Assembly: GCA_002392965.1 (NCBI GenBank)
Contig: DGIA01000010.1
Location: 65,722 to 129,721 of the forward strand
DNA length: 64,000 bases
Source of the DNA: Bacteroidales bacterium UBA3834
GTDB taxonomy: Bacteria > Bacteroidota > Bacteroidia > Bacteroidales > P3
Direction: 5' to 3'
Shown here: piece by piece, positions 62,907 through 64,000 of the stretch
How the letters are laid out: every line of letters starts with the position of its first letter
Position numbering within the stretch: position 1 is the first letter of the stretch
Notes under the pieces: generated by a model
Seen by the model: only the letters and a program-made list of their open reading frames with translations
The model's database searches: none
Told to the model about the DNA's origin: nothing
Position numbers and translations under genes: made by a program

Positions 62907-62960
62907 GAGTTAAAGAAGTTAAAGAAGTGATCGCGCTTCGCGCTAGAAGTTAAAGACAAT
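62907..62960. repeat. Second copy of the about 54-bp GTTAAAGAA / GC-hairpin element
   Basis: GAGTTAAAGAAGTTAAAGAAGTGATCGCGCTTCGCGCTAGAAGTTAAAGACAAT, compared with 18538-18593. It is flanked by direct repeats AGTGACCTGTGA..CCAGAGAG at 62855 and 62967. Confidence 0.9.
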
Positions 62961-63044
62961 GGCAGTAGTGACCTGTGACCAGAGAGTGGTTAACTAGTGA
63001 AGACAAATGAGGGAATGCGGTTGTTAATGTGTTATTGCGTTATT

Positions 63045-63190
63045 GTGTTTGCTCCAGCCCTCTGCACTTGGCCGCGCTAACGTCGCAGGCCGTGTCTCCA
63101 ATGGAACCAGACAGAATGTGTTTGCTCCAGCCCCTTACGCGATGCCGAGCTTGCGTCGCAGGCCGTGTCTCCGATGGAGCCAGGCAGAGT
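63045..63190. repeat. Two tandem 73-bp units (GTGTTTGCTCCAGCCC...GTCGCAGGCCGTGTCTCC.ATGGA.CCAG.CAGA.T)
   Basis: Units at 63045-63117 and 63118-63190. A partial third copy lies at about 63328-63387. Confidence 0.9.
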
Positions 63191-63792
63191 GTGGGAATGC
63201 TTTTTTAATGTGTTTTTCGCTTGGCTATTTTTTATTCAGCGGTGCTGACTCGCTATATATAATCATTATTAGCGGTGCTATTCACTGCATTCTGTTTTAT
63301 TTCCAAGGTGTTCATCACCCTTTCAGGGGTCGCAGGCATACCACGCAGGCCGTGTCTCCGATGGAGCCAGGCAGAGTGTGGGAATGCGTGAATTTGGGAA
63401 TATGTTAATGTGTGAATTGGTTTAATGGGATGAATGGGCGAGATGGGGATGGGGTTGGGGTTGGACGGCCGATAACGGCCGCCCATGGGTTGAGAGAGGG
63501 TTTTTAATTCGCGCGGCGCGAGGGTGTAATTTTTGATTTTTTTAGGTTGAAAGGGGTGAAAAAATTAACATGTGTTATGAAAAAAAGTATTAAAAAGTGA
63601 TATGGTGTTATCTGTTTGATATATTGTGTGTTGTGGTGGGGTTGAATATGCGAGAAGGAGGCGTTGAAATGTTAAATTATAGTTAAATAATCTGTGCCCG
63701 CCATTTAGCCCTTATTTTATATAATGACGCGTCGGGGTAGTAGCAACGGTATATCTTTAGGCCGGAGGAATGGCCGCCTCCATCAGGGTTTG

Positions 63793-63886
63793 TATATGGT
63801 TTCTATATGCTAACGTATATGCTTGGTATATGCTAAGTATATGGTAAGTATATGCTAACTATATGCTGGCAATATGCTATAGATAT
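63793..63886. repeat. Tandem array, 11-bp period (TATATGCTAAG-type), about 8 units
   Basis: Read directly. Lies about 50 nt upstream of the partial ORF at 63938. Confidence 0.9.
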
Positions 63887-63937
63887 CCGATGTCGCTGCC
63901 GGGAAACAAAAAACATTAACCATTAAAAAACAAAAAA

Positions 63938-64000
63938 ATGTCAAAAACTAGTAAAAATGTCCTCGGCGATCAAAGAGGACGGATTGGAAAAGTAGTCGGC
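63938..64000 (+). CDS. 5' fragment of an ORF running off the window (MSKTSKNVLGDQRGRIGKVVG...), possibly DUF6266-like
   Basis: ATG at 63938 with 21 open codons to the window edge. The G..G..GKVG.VVG-like N-terminus is reminiscent of a Bacteroidales DUF family (weak memory). Confidence 0.3.
   Translation, partial: MSKTSKNVLGDQRGRIGKVVG

Noticed and set aside
62692-63486. Small ORFs 62729-62959 (minus), 63043-63408 (plus) and 63253-63486 (minus).
   Set aside because: They are translations of tandem and dispersed repeats, with repetitive low-complexity peptides. They have no start context and no family resemblance.
14051-63886. The possibility that the short tandem arrays are CRISPR arrays.
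   Set aside because: The units are 8-15 bp and directly abutting, with no unique spacers. There is no leader and no cas gene in the window.

Overview
The window is a 64-kb chromosomal segment from a GC-rich Bacteroidota genome, probably Bacteroidales or Prevotellaceae-like. Supporting signs are TAnnTTTG -7 promoter boxes, porU-porV, proteins with T9SS C-terminal sorting domains, and many SpII-type lipoproteins. All calls come from reading the ORF translations and DNA by eye and from remembered family motifs. No searches were run.

Positions 1 to about 55,100 are mostly housekeeping genes:
- ffh, folD, rpoD, rsmG, moxR, three SurA/PpiD-like chaperones and guaB
- an active GH2 beta-mannosidase-like enzyme, cinA, folA, hydF and mutS2
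- an operon of a TlpA-like oxidoreductase, an outer-membrane protein, ribF and an omega-amidase
- panB, clpS-ispF-porV-porU, a MATE pump, tRNA-Arg(CCG), a CPBP protease and HU
- an untracked 29-aa basic peptide, RNase G and a GH25 lysozyme
- a tightly packed array of kamD, kamE, CoA-transferase subunit B, an outer-membrane protein, a GH2-like protein and a DUF4249-like protein
- tig, patB/malY, a CDA-type deaminase and a small GNAT

Positions about 55,150-63,937 are a visibly AT-richer accessory island. It carries:
- a Fic protein with a non-canonical motif
- an XRE regulator coupled to a GIY-YIG nuclease built from six ~43-aa repeats
- a three-gene operon of two divergent HNH nucleases plus a SAM-methyltransferase/HIT/HTH fusion, which I consider the best candidate for an undescribed defence or modification system
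- 1.8 kb of ORF-poor, densely nested repeats

Three other features stand out:
- The window has many short tandem arrays, mostly of 11-bp period and rich in stop codons, sitting exactly in intergenic gaps.
- A CTTAACTACT repeat family brackets cinA.
- The LacZ-like GH2 protein appears to lack both catalytic glutamates.

I saw no rRNA genes, CRISPR arrays, integrases or transposases.
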